A stretch of DNA of 63,931 nt, counting the filler, from Lama guanicoe (Eukaryota): the NCBI GenBank assembly GCA_013239625.1. It is 160 parts of 160 records of this genome, joined end to end, with 100 filler letters (N's around TTAATTAATTAA, not from the genome) between each part and the next. Parts side by side here need not be neighbours in the genome. Positions count along the whole stretch, not along the records: positions 1 to 299 come from PNXV01054373.1; positions 400 to 698 come from PNXV01054374.1; positions 799 to 1,097 come from PNXV01054375.1; positions 1,198 to 1,496 come from PNXV01054376.1; positions 1,597 to 1,895 come from PNXV01054377.1; positions 1,996 to 2,294 come from PNXV01054378.1; positions 2,395 to 2,693 come from PNXV01054379.1; positions 2,794 to 3,092 come from PNXV01054380.1; 152 more parts are not named here. The stretch is one strand, 5' to 3'. Every line of letters begins with the position of its first letter. Position 1 is the first letter of the stretch. Below the pieces are notes generated by a model. The model was not told the DNA's origin. It worked only from the letters and a program-made list of their open reading frames with translations, and did not search any database. Positions 1 to 11,890 of the stretch are shown here, piece after piece. Made by a program: the position numbers and the translations under genes.

Positions 1-299
1 GAACCACATGATTTACCTACTCACCACAATCATGGTGAGCCTCTCAGCTGGGCTCAGGCCTGCTCATGGCTTCCTGCGATATTCCTACATCCCACTGGCT
101 CTTGGCTACTCCCACATGTCACACTTCTCCCCTCCCTCTTGCTGTTTCCAAACACTAGCCTACATACTGATACCTGCATAAGAATGTTGACTTAGAGTTT
201 CCAACCATCTTTATTGGAAAAAGGTTAATTCTTAATTCTGAAGTAATAATATATTTTTTTTTTTTTTTACTTTTCCTAGCATTGAAGTTTTTGTTCTTT

Positions 300-399
300 N
301 NNNNNNNNNNNNNNNNNNNNNNNNNNNNNNNNNNNNNNNNNNNTTAATTAATTAANNNNNNNNNNNNNNNNNNNNNNNNNNNNNNNNNNNNNNNNNNNN
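300..399. other. Artificial contig-joining spacer (44 N + TTAATTAATTAA + 44 N); first of about 159 copies recurring every ~400 bp through the window
   Basis: Identical 100-bp block between unrelated ~300-bp sequences. The palindromic TTAATTAATTAA puts TAA in all six frames and contains PacI sites. Confidence 0.98.
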
Positions 400-2394
400 C
401 AGTTTGGTGGACTCAGCGTCCCCCTCCAAAAATACATCTCCAGAGATTTTGTTCAGCCATGAAAGCTTTCAAGGCATGGGAAGGAATGATCCCAGTTGAT
501 CCCTGAGACAGGCGGTGAGAGGCGTTGCCGGCCCCCAGTGCCTGCAGGCTAGTCCTCAACCCTAGGAGCCTGCTCTTCTCTGGCTCAGGGAGGCCTGGAA
601 GATGCGGGCTCTTCTATGAACAAGAGCCGGGGTTGGGGGTTCAGGTGGGGGTGCTACAGGGTCCTGTTCCCTTTCAGATTTAAGAGGGCTTCTGGCTGNN
701 NNNNNNNNNNNNNNNNNNNNNNNNNNNNNNNNNNNNNNNNNNTTAATTAATTAANNNNNNNNNNNNNNNNNNNNNNNNNNNNNNNNNNNNNNNNNNNNAC
801 TGTCAGGATCACAGCTAACCTCCATCAGTCTCTGGATTTTCATTTACAAAAAGTTCAAGCACTAAGACACAACTGAAAAAGGAGAAAGAAGCCAAGACAT
901 TTTATAGTTTTCCACAATACCCAGGCTCACCTGCCACAAATCCCCTAACCATCACCTGGCACTGTGCTCTAAGAGAAACAGAGACCATTTCTCCTCTCCC
1001 AGATTCAGAACTAATATGGCTTTACATGCGGCTGCTCATATAGAAAATATGAATTCTCTTAATTTACATACAAGTAAATAAATTCATTGAATTTTATNNN
1101 NNNNNNNNNNNNNNNNNNNNNNNNNNNNNNNNNNNNNNNNNTTAATTAATTAANNNNNNNNNNNNNNNNNNNNNNNNNNNNNNNNNNNNNNNNNNNNGCC
1201 TTAAATACCAGTTTTTATTGAAAATGACAACAACAAGAAAATCCTGCTATGTTTTTTCCTATCAAATAATGCACGTAAACTTATGTTTTTCCTTTTCTTT
1301 TGTTTGTCCGCTTGATGTAAATTTAATAGTTTGTTAATAATCTATTTGATATACTTTCTTTGTCCTTTAATTTACAGTTTCCATTTTTTGTTTAATCCCT
1401 TTAATTGAAAATTAATTATCAATGCAAATATTTTATATAAAAAATAGTAGGTTTACATATTTCTTGTATTTTCAATATTTAGTATTTGGCTGAAATNNNN
1501 NNNNNNNNNNNNNNNNNNNNNNNNNNNNNNNNNNNNNNNNTTAATTAATTAANNNNNNNNNNNNNNNNNNNNNNNNNNNNNNNNNNNNNNNNNNNNAATA
1601 TCTTCACGTTGAAAATGGAGCTATCACAACTTCCTAATTTGAAGGAACGTTTCCCAATCTCTTTCCTGTGTAAAGGTGATCCTTCTAAACCTCCATTCTG
1701 CATCCATAGAAAGCAATTATTGTCTTCTAAATAGAACACCTTCTGACTATTCTGTTTATGTAATTATAGCCTTCTAAGTGAAATGAGGATGTCACTTATT
1801 TAAAATTTCAAGAACAATATTGAAAGGAGAAAACAAATATATATGCCAAACATTGTAAAGGAAGTATAGTAGTAAAAAGTCAACGAACTTGAAAANNNNN
1901 NNNNNNNNNNNNNNNNNNNNNNNNNNNNNNNNNNNNNNNTTAATTAATTAANNNNNNNNNNNNNNNNNNNNNNNNNNNNNNNNNNNNNNNNNNNNCAGGG
2001 TGCTGGAGGAGGAGGAGGCCGGCAGGGGAGCCTGGAGTGGGCGGGGCAGGAGGTGCAGGGCAGCAGGGGTGCTCCTCAGTCAGGGCTTTACTCTGAGGGG
2101 GTTGGCGAGCCCTGGAGGGTGGGAGTGGCCTTGGACGTTGGTGTGGGTACTGGTAGTATCACTGGGGCGGGTCCCTGCGGGGGGTGGAGGAAGCTCAGGA
2201 GGCAGGATTCAAGGTCACAGGTGAGTTATCTCCCTGAGTGTCTGTGACAAGGATGAGAGGAATCGAGGTGGAAACAAGGGCAGTGAGTCGGGGGNNNNNN
2301 NNNNNNNNNNNNNNNNNNNNNNNNNNNNNNNNNNNNNNTTAATTAATTAANNNNNNNNNNNNNNNNNNNNNNNNNNNNNNNNNNNNNNNNNNNN

Positions 2395-2693
2395 AAAAAA
2401 AAAAAAAGACAACAATGTTGGTGAGAACGTGGATAAACTGGAACTCATGTATCCTGTTGGTGTTAATTCAAAGTGGCGCAGCCCTTATGGAAAACAGTAT
2501 GGAAGTTCTTCAGAATTTTCCAAATAGAACTATCCTACAATCCAGCAATCCCACTACTGGGTATTTATCCAAAAGAACTGAAATCAAGATCTTGAAGAGA
2601 TATTAGCACTTCTATGTTACTGCAGTGCTATTTACCATAGTCAAGATGTAGAAACAACCTGAATGTTCATCAATCAATAGACGGATTTTTTTT
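2395..2693 (+). mobile_element. LINE-1 fragment, 3' end of ORF2 (degenerate)
   Basis: Typical L1 motifs: atggaaaacagtatggaagttc, ccagcaatcccactactgggtatttatccaaaaga, aaacaacctgaatgttcatcaa. Confidence 0.9.
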
Positions 2694-3192
2694 NNNNNNN
2701 NNNNNNNNNNNNNNNNNNNNNNNNNNNNNNNNNNNNNTTAATTAATTAANNNNNNNNNNNNNNNNNNNNNNNNNNNNNNNNNNNNNNNNNNNNATGCCTG
2801 GAAGAAGAAGGAGGCCGGGGCTCACATCTCCCTAAACACACCAGCATCCATGGGCATTGTGGAGTCACTCTGGACAAGCCTTCCTGAAGAAGCCTTCTCT
2901 TCTTTTGAATTCTTTACAGAAGGATCTTTAAACAATGGGAATTGCTACGACAAAATAAAGGAACACGTCGCCTTTTCAGCCTTTTCCTTCCAACATTGCC
3001 TGGATGGGACAGGGGGTCCTGAAGTCAAAATCCTGGCTGCTTCTGAGACTGCTGGCTGGGTGGCCCTACTGGGCTTCTAGAATTTTTTTTTTNNNNNNNN
3101 NNNNNNNNNNNNNNNNNNNNNNNNNNNNNNNNNNNNTTAATTAATTAANNNNNNNNNNNNNNNNNNNNNNNNNNNNNNNNNNNNNNNNNNNN

Positions 3193-3492
3193 TGACAGCA
3201 CCGCGGCCGCTTCCCAGGAACAGGCTCACAGGGAGAGGTGCACCCCGCGAACATGGGGAAGCAAAGTCCACCCCAAGCGGCGGGGGAGTAAGTAACAAAC
3301 CCAGGGGCTGCACGGGGTAGCCCGTACCACCGCACCCGCTTCCCGGGAGCAGACCACGACCTGAGGGCCGGCCGGGGATGTGCCAGAGCCGTCTAGCGCC
3401 TTCCCACCTCCCGGGTGAGCCCTGCTTTCCCAAAACCGAATATAAACGGCAGCGCAGACGCGGGGTGCAGGGACTAACTAATTCGGGGGGGG
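3193..3492. promoter_or_regulatory. CpG-island-like fragment
   Basis: High GC and many CpGs, including a NotI site (gcggccgc). Gene not recognised. Confidence 0.55.
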
Positions 3493-5596
3493 NNNNNNNN
3501 NNNNNNNNNNNNNNNNNNNNNNNNNNNNNNNNNNNNTTAATTAATTAANNNNNNNNNNNNNNNNNNNNNNNNNNNNNNNNNNNNNNNNNNNNTCATTGCA
3601 CGAACCAGCTTCACGTGTCTGTAAACGCTGGGATCACGCTCGGCGCCCGAGGGGCGCCCCCGAGAGGCCCCCCGGGAACTGCCGCCGGCCCGGGAGCAGC
3701 GGGGTCAGTCATTTCCTCGGCTCGTTACAGGGCTGCAGGGAACTGCACGCACTAGTTGCGGTGCTTCCGCTCTTTATTTTTCTGCCAAATGTATATTGTT
3801 TTCACGTAAGATAAATGCGTACACGGTACGACTCTTTACACGCTCTTTTCCACTTGGCTAATCATGCCGGCACGTGCCCCACTGTTCAGAGNNNNNNNNN
3901 NNNNNNNNNNNNNNNNNNNNNNNNNNNNNNNNNNNTTAATTAATTAANNNNNNNNNNNNNNNNNNNNNNNNNNNNNNNNNNNNNNNNNNNNAGCATTGTG
4001 TGAATATCCTTTTAATGGTACTTATTACATAGGTCTCGAATTGTCTGATCCCTTGTCATGTATCACATCATTGAGGGTAGGGAACAATGCCTTATTCAAC
4101 TTGGTACTCACAATGTCAATGGCATATTGGACATGAACATACACTCCATACACTGTAATTCTTTTAATTGAATAGATAAAAAGATTAAACTTATAATTCA
4201 TTTAAATGTTCACCGTTGTTTTGTAGGTAAACTGCTTCTAAGATGTGAGTCAGCTTCTGTACAGACTAAATGGAACCAAGGAACAATGTAANNNNNNNNN
4301 NNNNNNNNNNNNNNNNNNNNNNNNNNNNNNNNNNNTTAATTAATTAANNNNNNNNNNNNNNNNNNNNNNNNNNNNNNNNNNNNNNNNNNNNCTCACCATG
4401 GTCACAGAAAAACCTAAATCATGCCTCACTGAATCATCTTGTTTTAAAAAAAATCATGGCCTCCTGGTTAACCTCTAAGAATCACTGGATGATAAACAGT
4501 ACCCCAAACTGAGACTAACTAACCTCCTCTAAGGAGCATTCCAGATGTGAGCCACGGAAGTTTTAGAAAGCGTCTGACAAAATAGCACCTGGTTTTAGAA
4601 CAGTTACTGTCATGTAGTTCTTCTCAACAAGACTGAGACGCGTGGCTGAGCACGCAGGTCTGCAGACACCTGCCGTGGCTCAGGATGACGANNNNNNNNN
4701 NNNNNNNNNNNNNNNNNNNNNNNNNNNNNNNNNNNTTAATTAATTAANNNNNNNNNNNNNNNNNNNNNNNNNNNNNNNNNNNNNNNNNNNNGAGGAAACA
4801 TAATACAGGTGAATTATTTAATAATCTATTTTAAGATAAAATGTTGCTAGATATTAATGACTTTTATCTTTATTTTATCACATATGAGTCCAAAGATATG
4901 GTATGTTGGTTCCAAGAATGAGGAATTTAGGGTTTTCTTACAGGGACAATGAGAGTGGCATTTTACGTCTGTACCTTTCACTGTTTCTCAAATAAATTTC
5001 TGCAGATATTTGGAATCTATTTTTACCCTAAGTCCACTTACAGAGTGTAACTCTTCATTAAAATGTCAAATGTCAGAATTATTAATTCAGNNNNNNNNNN
5101 NNNNNNNNNNNNNNNNNNNNNNNNNNNNNNNNNNTTAATTAATTAANNNNNNNNNNNNNNNNNNNNNNNNNNNNNNNNNNNNNNNNNNNNGATAGACCAA
5201 AGAAGTAGCTTGCTAAACATACCTATTTTTAAAAAGGGTTAACAGACACTATTATAGGAGTTTAGGACACTTATCCTAACATGCTTTTATCCCCCTTTTC
5301 TATTATTTTTTGAACTGGAAAGTATAGCAGTGCTCAAACTTAGCTGTGCACTGAATCATCTGTAGAACTTGTAAAAATGTATATATTCACACTTTACTTA
5401 TGAGGGAGACACTGCGACTGACTTCATAATATCTATTCCATCACACAAGAATATAGCTATTTATGGTAATTTCATTCTCTTCAAGGATGANNNNNNNNNN
5501 NNNNNNNNNNNNNNNNNNNNNNNNNNNNNNNNNNTTAATTAATTAANNNNNNNNNNNNNNNNNNNNNNNNNNNNNNNNNNNNNNNNNNNNCCTTAC

Positions 5597-5723
5597 TTCC
5601 CAAAGACAGGCTTGAGCTGCTTGGAGATGGAGTTCTCCTTCTCACGGGCGTCAGTCTTGCCCAGCTGGATGGCGATGTAGGGGTCGGCTTTGCCACTGAT
5701 GTCTGCAGGTGCAGGTCTGTGGC
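5597..5723 (-). pseudogene. OTOF: Otoferlin (C2E-domain) exon copy with intact splice sites but a 1-bp frameshift and several substitutions
   Basis: Minus strand: cccag|GCC ACA GAC CTG CAC C-T GCA GAC ATC AGT GGC AAA GCC GAC CCC TAC ... GTC TTT GGG AA|gtaagg, reading [43 protein letters not shown]. Recalled OTOF is [43 protein letters not shown]. The exon is 127 bp; that peptide needs 128. Confidence 0.85.
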
Positions 5724-6419
5724 CTGGGATGGAGGGGTGGTCCTGAGCAGGCTCCCACACCCTCCTCATCTCCCAGTGCCCCTGGCCTCTCCTTGATGGC
5801 CCCGTGATGGTGAAGGGCAGGAGAACAGGACCAGAGGCTCGTGTGACCCTAGGCAAGGTGCCGACCCTCTCTGGGCCTTGGTTTCCTCCCNNNNNNNNNN
5901 NNNNNNNNNNNNNNNNNNNNNNNNNNNNNNNNNNTTAATTAATTAANNNNNNNNNNNNNNNNNNNNNNNNNNNNNNNNNNNNNNNNNNNNAGTGTTTTTG
6001 AAAACAGGCATCCGCTGCCCATCATTTCGGTGGTAACTTTTGTAAATCAGTATTTATGGAATTCATCTTAATCAAATGTCCTTACATAGGAAGACTGCTG
6101 CTTGACGTCAGTCCTCCTCTGTAAGAGACGGCAGGACAGGTTTAGAAATTATGGCAGCCTCCCTGGCCAGAGGCAGTCACGTGCTACTTAACATTGGTCA
6201 AATGGTCTTTCTTTTTTCAAACTGAGTGAAGATGGCGAGAAAGTCCTTGATATTCTTGACCTGTTACAGTTTTAAATGTTTAGTCTGAGGNNNNNNNNNN
6301 NNNNNNNNNNNNNNNNNNNNNNNNNNNNNNNNNNTTAATTAATTAANNNNNNNNNNNNNNNNNNNNNNNNNNNNNNNNNNNNNNNNNNNNAAGAGAAATG
6401 ATCCAGCACAAATGAGAAC

Positions 6420-6614
6420 AATGCCCTCAAACAACGAGGATTTGAACTGGACAGGTTCGCTTATACCGGATTTTTGCTTCAGTAAATGCCTAGGACAGCG
6501 CCTCGGGAATCTCGGTGGGTGGGATCTGCGGATGCAGAACCCGGAGCCGAGAGCGGATTTTCCACTGTGTCAGAGGTAGGCACCCCTCAAATCATGTTGT
6601 TCAAGGGTGAACCA
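6420..6614. mobile_element. Tigger2/MER8-like non-autonomous DNA transposon (TcMar-Tigger)
   Basis: Imperfect inverted termini ccctcaaacaac ... gttgttcaaggg; internal tttgaactg..acaggttcgcttata and gcggattttccactg motifs. Confidence 0.7.
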
Positions 6615-7590
6615 TAATTATTATTATTATCATTATTTTTTTTTATTTCTGATTTGGAACAGCCTAGGATACTGGAAAGTGTCAGGATAGNNNNNNNNNN
6701 NNNNNNNNNNNNNNNNNNNNNNNNNNNNNNNNNNTTAATTAATTAANNNNNNNNNNNNNNNNNNNNNNNNNNNNNNNNNNNNNNNNNNNNCTTGGCCTAC
6801 AAGTGGCCTAGTTCAGCATTATTAGCTAAACCCCTGTTCTTAATCTGACCTTGTAACCTGGTACTGTTACCGAGGCCACTTGCCCTTGTGACCAAATTCT
6901 CAACTACATTCCTTTTCCTCACTTATATATAGAACCAGTACGTATTGAGTACCTAACTACTACCTGCTTTTGTTGTTGTTGCTGTTAAGAAAACCGGGAT
7001 GCTATTGTTTCATAAATATGTTTTGAAAATACGCTTTGCTGAATGTTTTGTGAGCAATTTCCTCTGATTAAATATTCCAGTTTATGATGTNNNNNNNNNN
7101 NNNNNNNNNNNNNNNNNNNNNNNNNNNNNNNNNNTTAATTAATTAANNNNNNNNNNNNNNNNNNNNNNNNNNNNNNNNNNNNNNNNNNNNAATGAACCTT
7201 CTAAGTAACCCCAACTGAAACAAAAATAAAGGTTTCCAAAATATCAACTTTGCTCTGCTGAAAATTACATCACCTTTTTTATTATAGTTTTGATGTAATA
7301 GCCTACATATTCATTTTTCACTCACTCAAATGAACTGTACCCTGTGAGGATTCTGTACTGCTTTCCGTAAGTATTTGGTCTTTCCCTTCTGGATTAGAAA
7401 CCATGAAGACTCACATAGAAAGTCAGATTTCCCCCACTCCTCCTACCTCACATGCACCAAGGCCAAAGAAAAAACATCTGCTCTGAGACCNNNNNNNNNN
7501 NNNNNNNNNNNNNNNNNNNNNNNNNNNNNNNNNNTTAATTAATTAANNNNNNNNNNNNNNNNNNNNNNNNNNNNNNNNNNNNNNNNNNNN

Positions 7591-7706
7591 AAGATCAAAT
7601 GCTAAAATTTTCACTTCTTCAAAAGTGCCAGTTAAACATTCCATTAGTGTTTGGAAACGACCAACATCAATATCATGACTTAGCAGATACACTGTCTGGA
7701 CATGAC
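7591..7706 (-). CDS. THADA: THADA internal coding exon, 5' part (truncated by contig end)
   Basis: Polypyrimidine acceptor ttttgtttttag|GT CAT GTC..., translating (G)HVQTVYLLSHDIDVGRFQTLMECLTGTFEEVKILAFDL. Matches recalled human THADA TVYQLSHDIDVGRFQTLMECFTSTFEDVKILAFDL. Confidence 0.88.
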
Positions 7707-8544
7707 CTAAAAACAAAATAACAAAAAAACAAGTTTAAATGAATGGAAGGAAAAAAAAGTAAAGTGAACAGAAGGAAATGGAAATCAACATTTTGAAATT
7801 GCCAAATTTATAGAAAATTCATATAAGAATTCACACTTCAAGATTTACCCACAATAGTATAAAAATGTTTCCATTAATTTATTTACTAAANNNNNNNNNN
7901 NNNNNNNNNNNNNNNNNNNNNNNNNNNNNNNNNNTTAATTAATTAANNNNNNNNNNNNNNNNNNNNNNNNNNNNNNNNNNNNNNNNNNNNAAAAAAAAAG
8001 ATCAAGCCTTTAAAAGTAAGAAAAGTCCTCTGTGCTCCACCTGTCCCTCCCTGCCCCCACCCCCCGGCAATGCTGACCCTGTCCGTCATCAGCCTTACGG
8101 GCAGGGCGACCTGCTCTGTGTCTGTCACCTGGGACAGGTGTGTGGGACCTGGGTGGTTGGCGTGGCCGTTTTTATGGCTCTAAGACGGCGCGCTGACAGA
8201 GTGGGCCCCCATCCCCGAGCCTGGGGGCACCCGCTTCTCCAGGAACGCGGCTTCCTCAGGCCGACCTCTGCTCCGCGCGGTGAGAGAGAANNNNNNNNNN
8301 NNNNNNNNNNNNNNNNNNNNNNNNNNNNNNNNNNTTAATTAATTAANNNNNNNNNNNNNNNNNNNNNNNNNNNNNNNNNNNNNNNNNNNNCAAAAAAAAA
8401 AAAAAAAAAGGAAAAGAAACAAACAGAGTTCTCCTGCTGAGTTTATGATTAATTTCTCCATACAAAACTTTATTCTCTCTCTTGTCCTGCTCTGTTCTTC
8501 TCATGATTGAAGAGTATCAAAAAAAAGGTGGGGGTGGGGGAGAA

Positions 8545-8690
8545 TGAAACCAAGTAGGACCCTGAGGGGCCCTCCCTGATACATAAGCCTCTCTGTGTCC
8601 CCATTTCTTATTTGTAGAAAAAGGCATTCCTCTCCTAGGCCTTCCCCAAGTTCCAAAGAGCAGACTCAAGCGGTTACTAATTAGACACGT
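8545..8690 (+). mobile_element. Probable ERV LTR terminal fragment
   Basis: Abrupt start TGAAACCAAGTAGGACCC and LTR-like composition running into the contig end. Family not identified. Confidence 0.4.
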
Positions 8691-9190
8691 NNNNNNNNNN
8701 NNNNNNNNNNNNNNNNNNNNNNNNNNNNNNNNNNTTAATTAATTAANNNNNNNNNNNNNNNNNNNNNNNNNNNNNNNNNNNNNNNNNNNNCTGCATGTTA
8801 ACTACACTTCCCTCCATCCCACCCCACCATCCCCTGAGCCTACTTTGCCCTCAAGGGTTCTGATTCAGAATAGAGATTGAGAACCACTGATCTAGTAACA
8901 CAATCCCAATTTTGGAGATGAAGATATTGAGGACCCAGAGGTAAAGTGATCCATCCAGAATCCCACAGATAGTGTACGGCCAAGCCAGGGATCATTTTGA
9001 GTTTAATCATAAGAAATAGAGGGAACATTTTATTAATCCCATTTGTCAGTGAAAATCCTAAACCTTGGGGCAGCTATATGCCTGCCTGAGNNNNNNNNNN
9101 NNNNNNNNNNNNNNNNNNNNNNNNNNNNNNNNNNTTAATTAATTAANNNNNNNNNNNNNNNNNNNNNNNNNNNNNNNNNNNNNNNNNNNN

Positions 9191-9490
9191 AGTGAGGAAA
9201 ATAAGAATTTTGATATGACAAAATTTAAAGATATTATTGCAGAATGTGTCCGACAGAATATTTCAAAAGAAAATCATAAGGCTTTGCCCCAAATTTCTTC
9301 TCCACCTCCTGAATATATACTTCCTATACAGGAGGAAGGGACACATAAGCCTGTTGTTTTAAGTCCTCTACAAAAGGCCTTACAACAAGCTACTAAAGAA
9401 GGAGAACATATTCCTGGATTTTCTTTGGTATATCCGGTTCTTGAAGATGCTCAACAACAAAGATATTACGAATCCATTCCTTTTAAACAG
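9191..9490 (+). mobile_element. gag: Endogenous betaretrovirus (class II ERV) gag fragment, copy A; open frame covering the late-domain region and capsid N-terminus
   Basis: 100 open codons: ...SSPPPEY...SPLQKALQQATKEGEHIPGFSLVYPVLEDAQQQRYYESIPFKQ. Resembles recalled JSRV Gag LQKALRQAQRLGEVVSDFSLAF|PVFENNNQRYYESLPFKQ and carries a PPxY motif. Confidence 0.9.
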
Positions 9491-9829
9491 NNNNNNNNNN
9501 NNNNNNNNNNNNNNNNNNNNNNNNNNNNNNNNNNTTAATTAATTAANNNNNNNNNNNNNNNNNNNNNNNNNNNNNNNNNNNNNNNNNNNNAAAACCCCCA
9601 GAATCGCATAGGAGCAGGGATGTTGAGTATCTGTCCAACGAGAGTGGCAGGAGTTCGTGATTCTTGCAGCAGATGGGCACAGAGGGTTCACTGTCCTGTG
9701 CAATGCTTTTGATTACTTTGGATTTTTCAATACGTTGTTGGCTGGATTTGCATTTCTCTAATTATTCGCAAAGTTGAGCATCTTTTCATGCGCAGTTTAA
9801 AAAATAATGACCATAATAAATACTGGTGA

Positions 9830-9890
9830 TGTAATAGGAAAAACAAATCTGACTCCACGTTAGGTCTGTTCCTTTTCCTTTAACCCTGTG
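9830..9890 (+). mobile_element. LTR-like repeat terminus, same family as 46614-46694
   Basis: TGTAATAGGAAAAACAAATCTGACTCCACGTTAGGTCTGTTCCTTTTCCTTTAACCCTGTG aligns with the copy at 46614. Both begin at TG with unrelated upstream flanks. Confidence 0.7.
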
Positions 9891-10390
9891 NNNNNNNNNN
9901 NNNNNNNNNNNNNNNNNNNNNNNNNNNNNNNNNNTTAATTAATTAANNNNNNNNNNNNNNNNNNNNNNNNNNNNNNNNNNNNNNNNNNNNAAAGTCCATA
10001 CTTTGGTAATTGTGTGTTCTCTTTTTTTAATTCACTCTGGGGTCTGTGAATTCTACTGTGATGCAGACGAAGGAAACCAGCTGTCTGATTCAAGGGCTGA
10101 AGTGGGGAAGCACCAACTTCCTTCCCTTCATTATTTAAGTCCTCACGTGTTCACCTGCGTCAATGAGGTAGAACTCGGGCAGAGCAGCAGCTATTTGACT
10201 TAGACCAAATTCATCAGGATAAAGTTGGTGAAACTTACTCTCCAATTCTGAAAATATTTTAAAACGTATCTCTTCCCCAACCCACCCCCCNNNNNNNNNN
10301 NNNNNNNNNNNNNNNNNNNNNNNNNNNNNNNNNNTTAATTAATTAANNNNNNNNNNNNNNNNNNNNNNNNNNNNNNNNNNNNNNNNNNNN

Positions 10391-10690
10391 ATAGATGCGA
10401 AGGATTGTATCCGAGCATTCTCTTCTGTTCCATTGATTTTTGTGCCTGTGTCTAAGCCGGTAATGTGCCATCTTGATTACTTTATAGTATGCTTTAAAAT
10501 CTAAAAAAAGGAGGCCTCTATGTTTGTTCTTCCAGCTTTTTGGGTATTTGGGGCCCTTTTAGATTCCCTATAACCTTTAGTGTGTTTTTCCTATTTCTGC
10601 AGAGAAAGCCATTGGAATTTTGATAATGACTCCATTGAATATGTAGAAGAGTTTGGGTAGTTTGGACATTTCAAGAGTATTAATACTTGC
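10391..10690 (-). mobile_element. LINE-1 ORF2 fragment (degenerate)
   Basis: Antisense L1 motifs: ttctgttccattgatt, ttgattact, gccattggaattttgata, ttgggtagtttggacatt. Confidence 0.85.
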
Positions 10691-11190
10691 NNNNNNNNNN
10701 NNNNNNNNNNNNNNNNNNNNNNNNNNNNNNNNNNTTAATTAATTAANNNNNNNNNNNNNNNNNNNNNNNNNNNNNNNNNNNNNNNNNNNNTTTTTTTTAA
10801 TGATTTGATGGGTCCAAGGACAAGAATGTATATGGTTCATATTTTCATTTCAAAGTCCCTGCACTCTAGGTCTGGGTAAGTAAGGGCCCACTATAGCTTC
10901 TGGGATAAATGAATACATGCCAGGTCTTGTGTGAGATTTGCAGTCACTCTTGGAAGGAGGTGTTGTAAACTACACGCACACATTAAACATGAAGAATTCC
11001 AGATGTGAGCAAAAGCAAGGTGTAGAAATGGACTCTGTCTTAACTCCAGTTCTGGGTCTAGTGTGAGATGATGCTTCTGGTGTGCTCTGCNNNNNNNNNN
11101 NNNNNNNNNNNNNNNNNNNNNNNNNNNNNNNNNNTTAATTAATTAANNNNNNNNNNNNNNNNNNNNNNNNNNNNNNNNNNNNNNNNNNNN

Positions 11191-11490
11191 GGACCGGGAG
11201 GAGGGAGGAGCGGAGGAAGGGGCTCCTGCGGCGAGCGGGATCCTGCGAGGCGCGTGAAACCGCGCTGGCGCCTGGTTCGGGACACAGACGCTGGCGGACG
11301 CGGAGTTTCTCACGACCGGCCGAGCCCGCCTCTGTAAGTAGTCGCCTCAGGGGGCGCGGAACAGACACCGAAAAAGTTAGCGCCGCCGCTTTGTTCTCCC
11401 GGTCCGTCGGGTGAGGCGGCGGCGCCCCCTCCCCCACCCGCCCGCCGGCACGCGGCGGCGGCGGCGGGACTCGGATCCTGCGCGGGGCTG
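11191..11490. promoter_or_regulatory. CpG island / promoter or first-exon fragment
   Basis: Very GC- and CpG-rich with ggcggcggc runs and a possible donor tct|gtaagt near 11335. Confidence 0.7.
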
Positions 11491-11590
11491 NNNNNNNNNN
11501 NNNNNNNNNNNNNNNNNNNNNNNNNNNNNNNNNNTTAATTAATTAANNNNNNNNNNNNNNNNNNNNNNNNNNNNNNNNNNNNNNNNNNNN

Positions 11591-11890
11591 GGGTTAAGAA
11601 AAACCCAGCAAAAACACACTACTGTACAACACAACCAAATTGCTTAAAACCAGTACATATGAAGAGAAAAACTCAAGAGCAGCCAGGAGAAAACAAAACC
11701 AAACCCACACTGCATACATCATACACCAGAATAACCACCCGAAGGCAGACTGACTTCTCTCCAGGAAACACAGAGGCCAGAAAACACGGGAGTGCTATCT
11801 TTAAAACACTGGAAAGTAAAGAAGGCAACCCAGAATTTCAGTATCTAGAAAATACCCACAAAAATAAAGGAGGGGAAGAATAAAGGCAAA
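11591..11890 (+). mobile_element. Old LINE-1 ORF1 C-terminal fragment
   Basis: agcagccagga, gacttctctccaggaaacacagaggccagaa, atctttaaaacactg and aacccagaattt are L1 ORF1-type motifs. Confidence 0.75.

Noticed and set aside
5591..9490. Apparent clustering of OTOF, THADA and ERV gag as a functional neighbourhood
   Set aside because: Contig order is arbitrary (contigs are grouped by similar length), so adjacency carries no linkage information.
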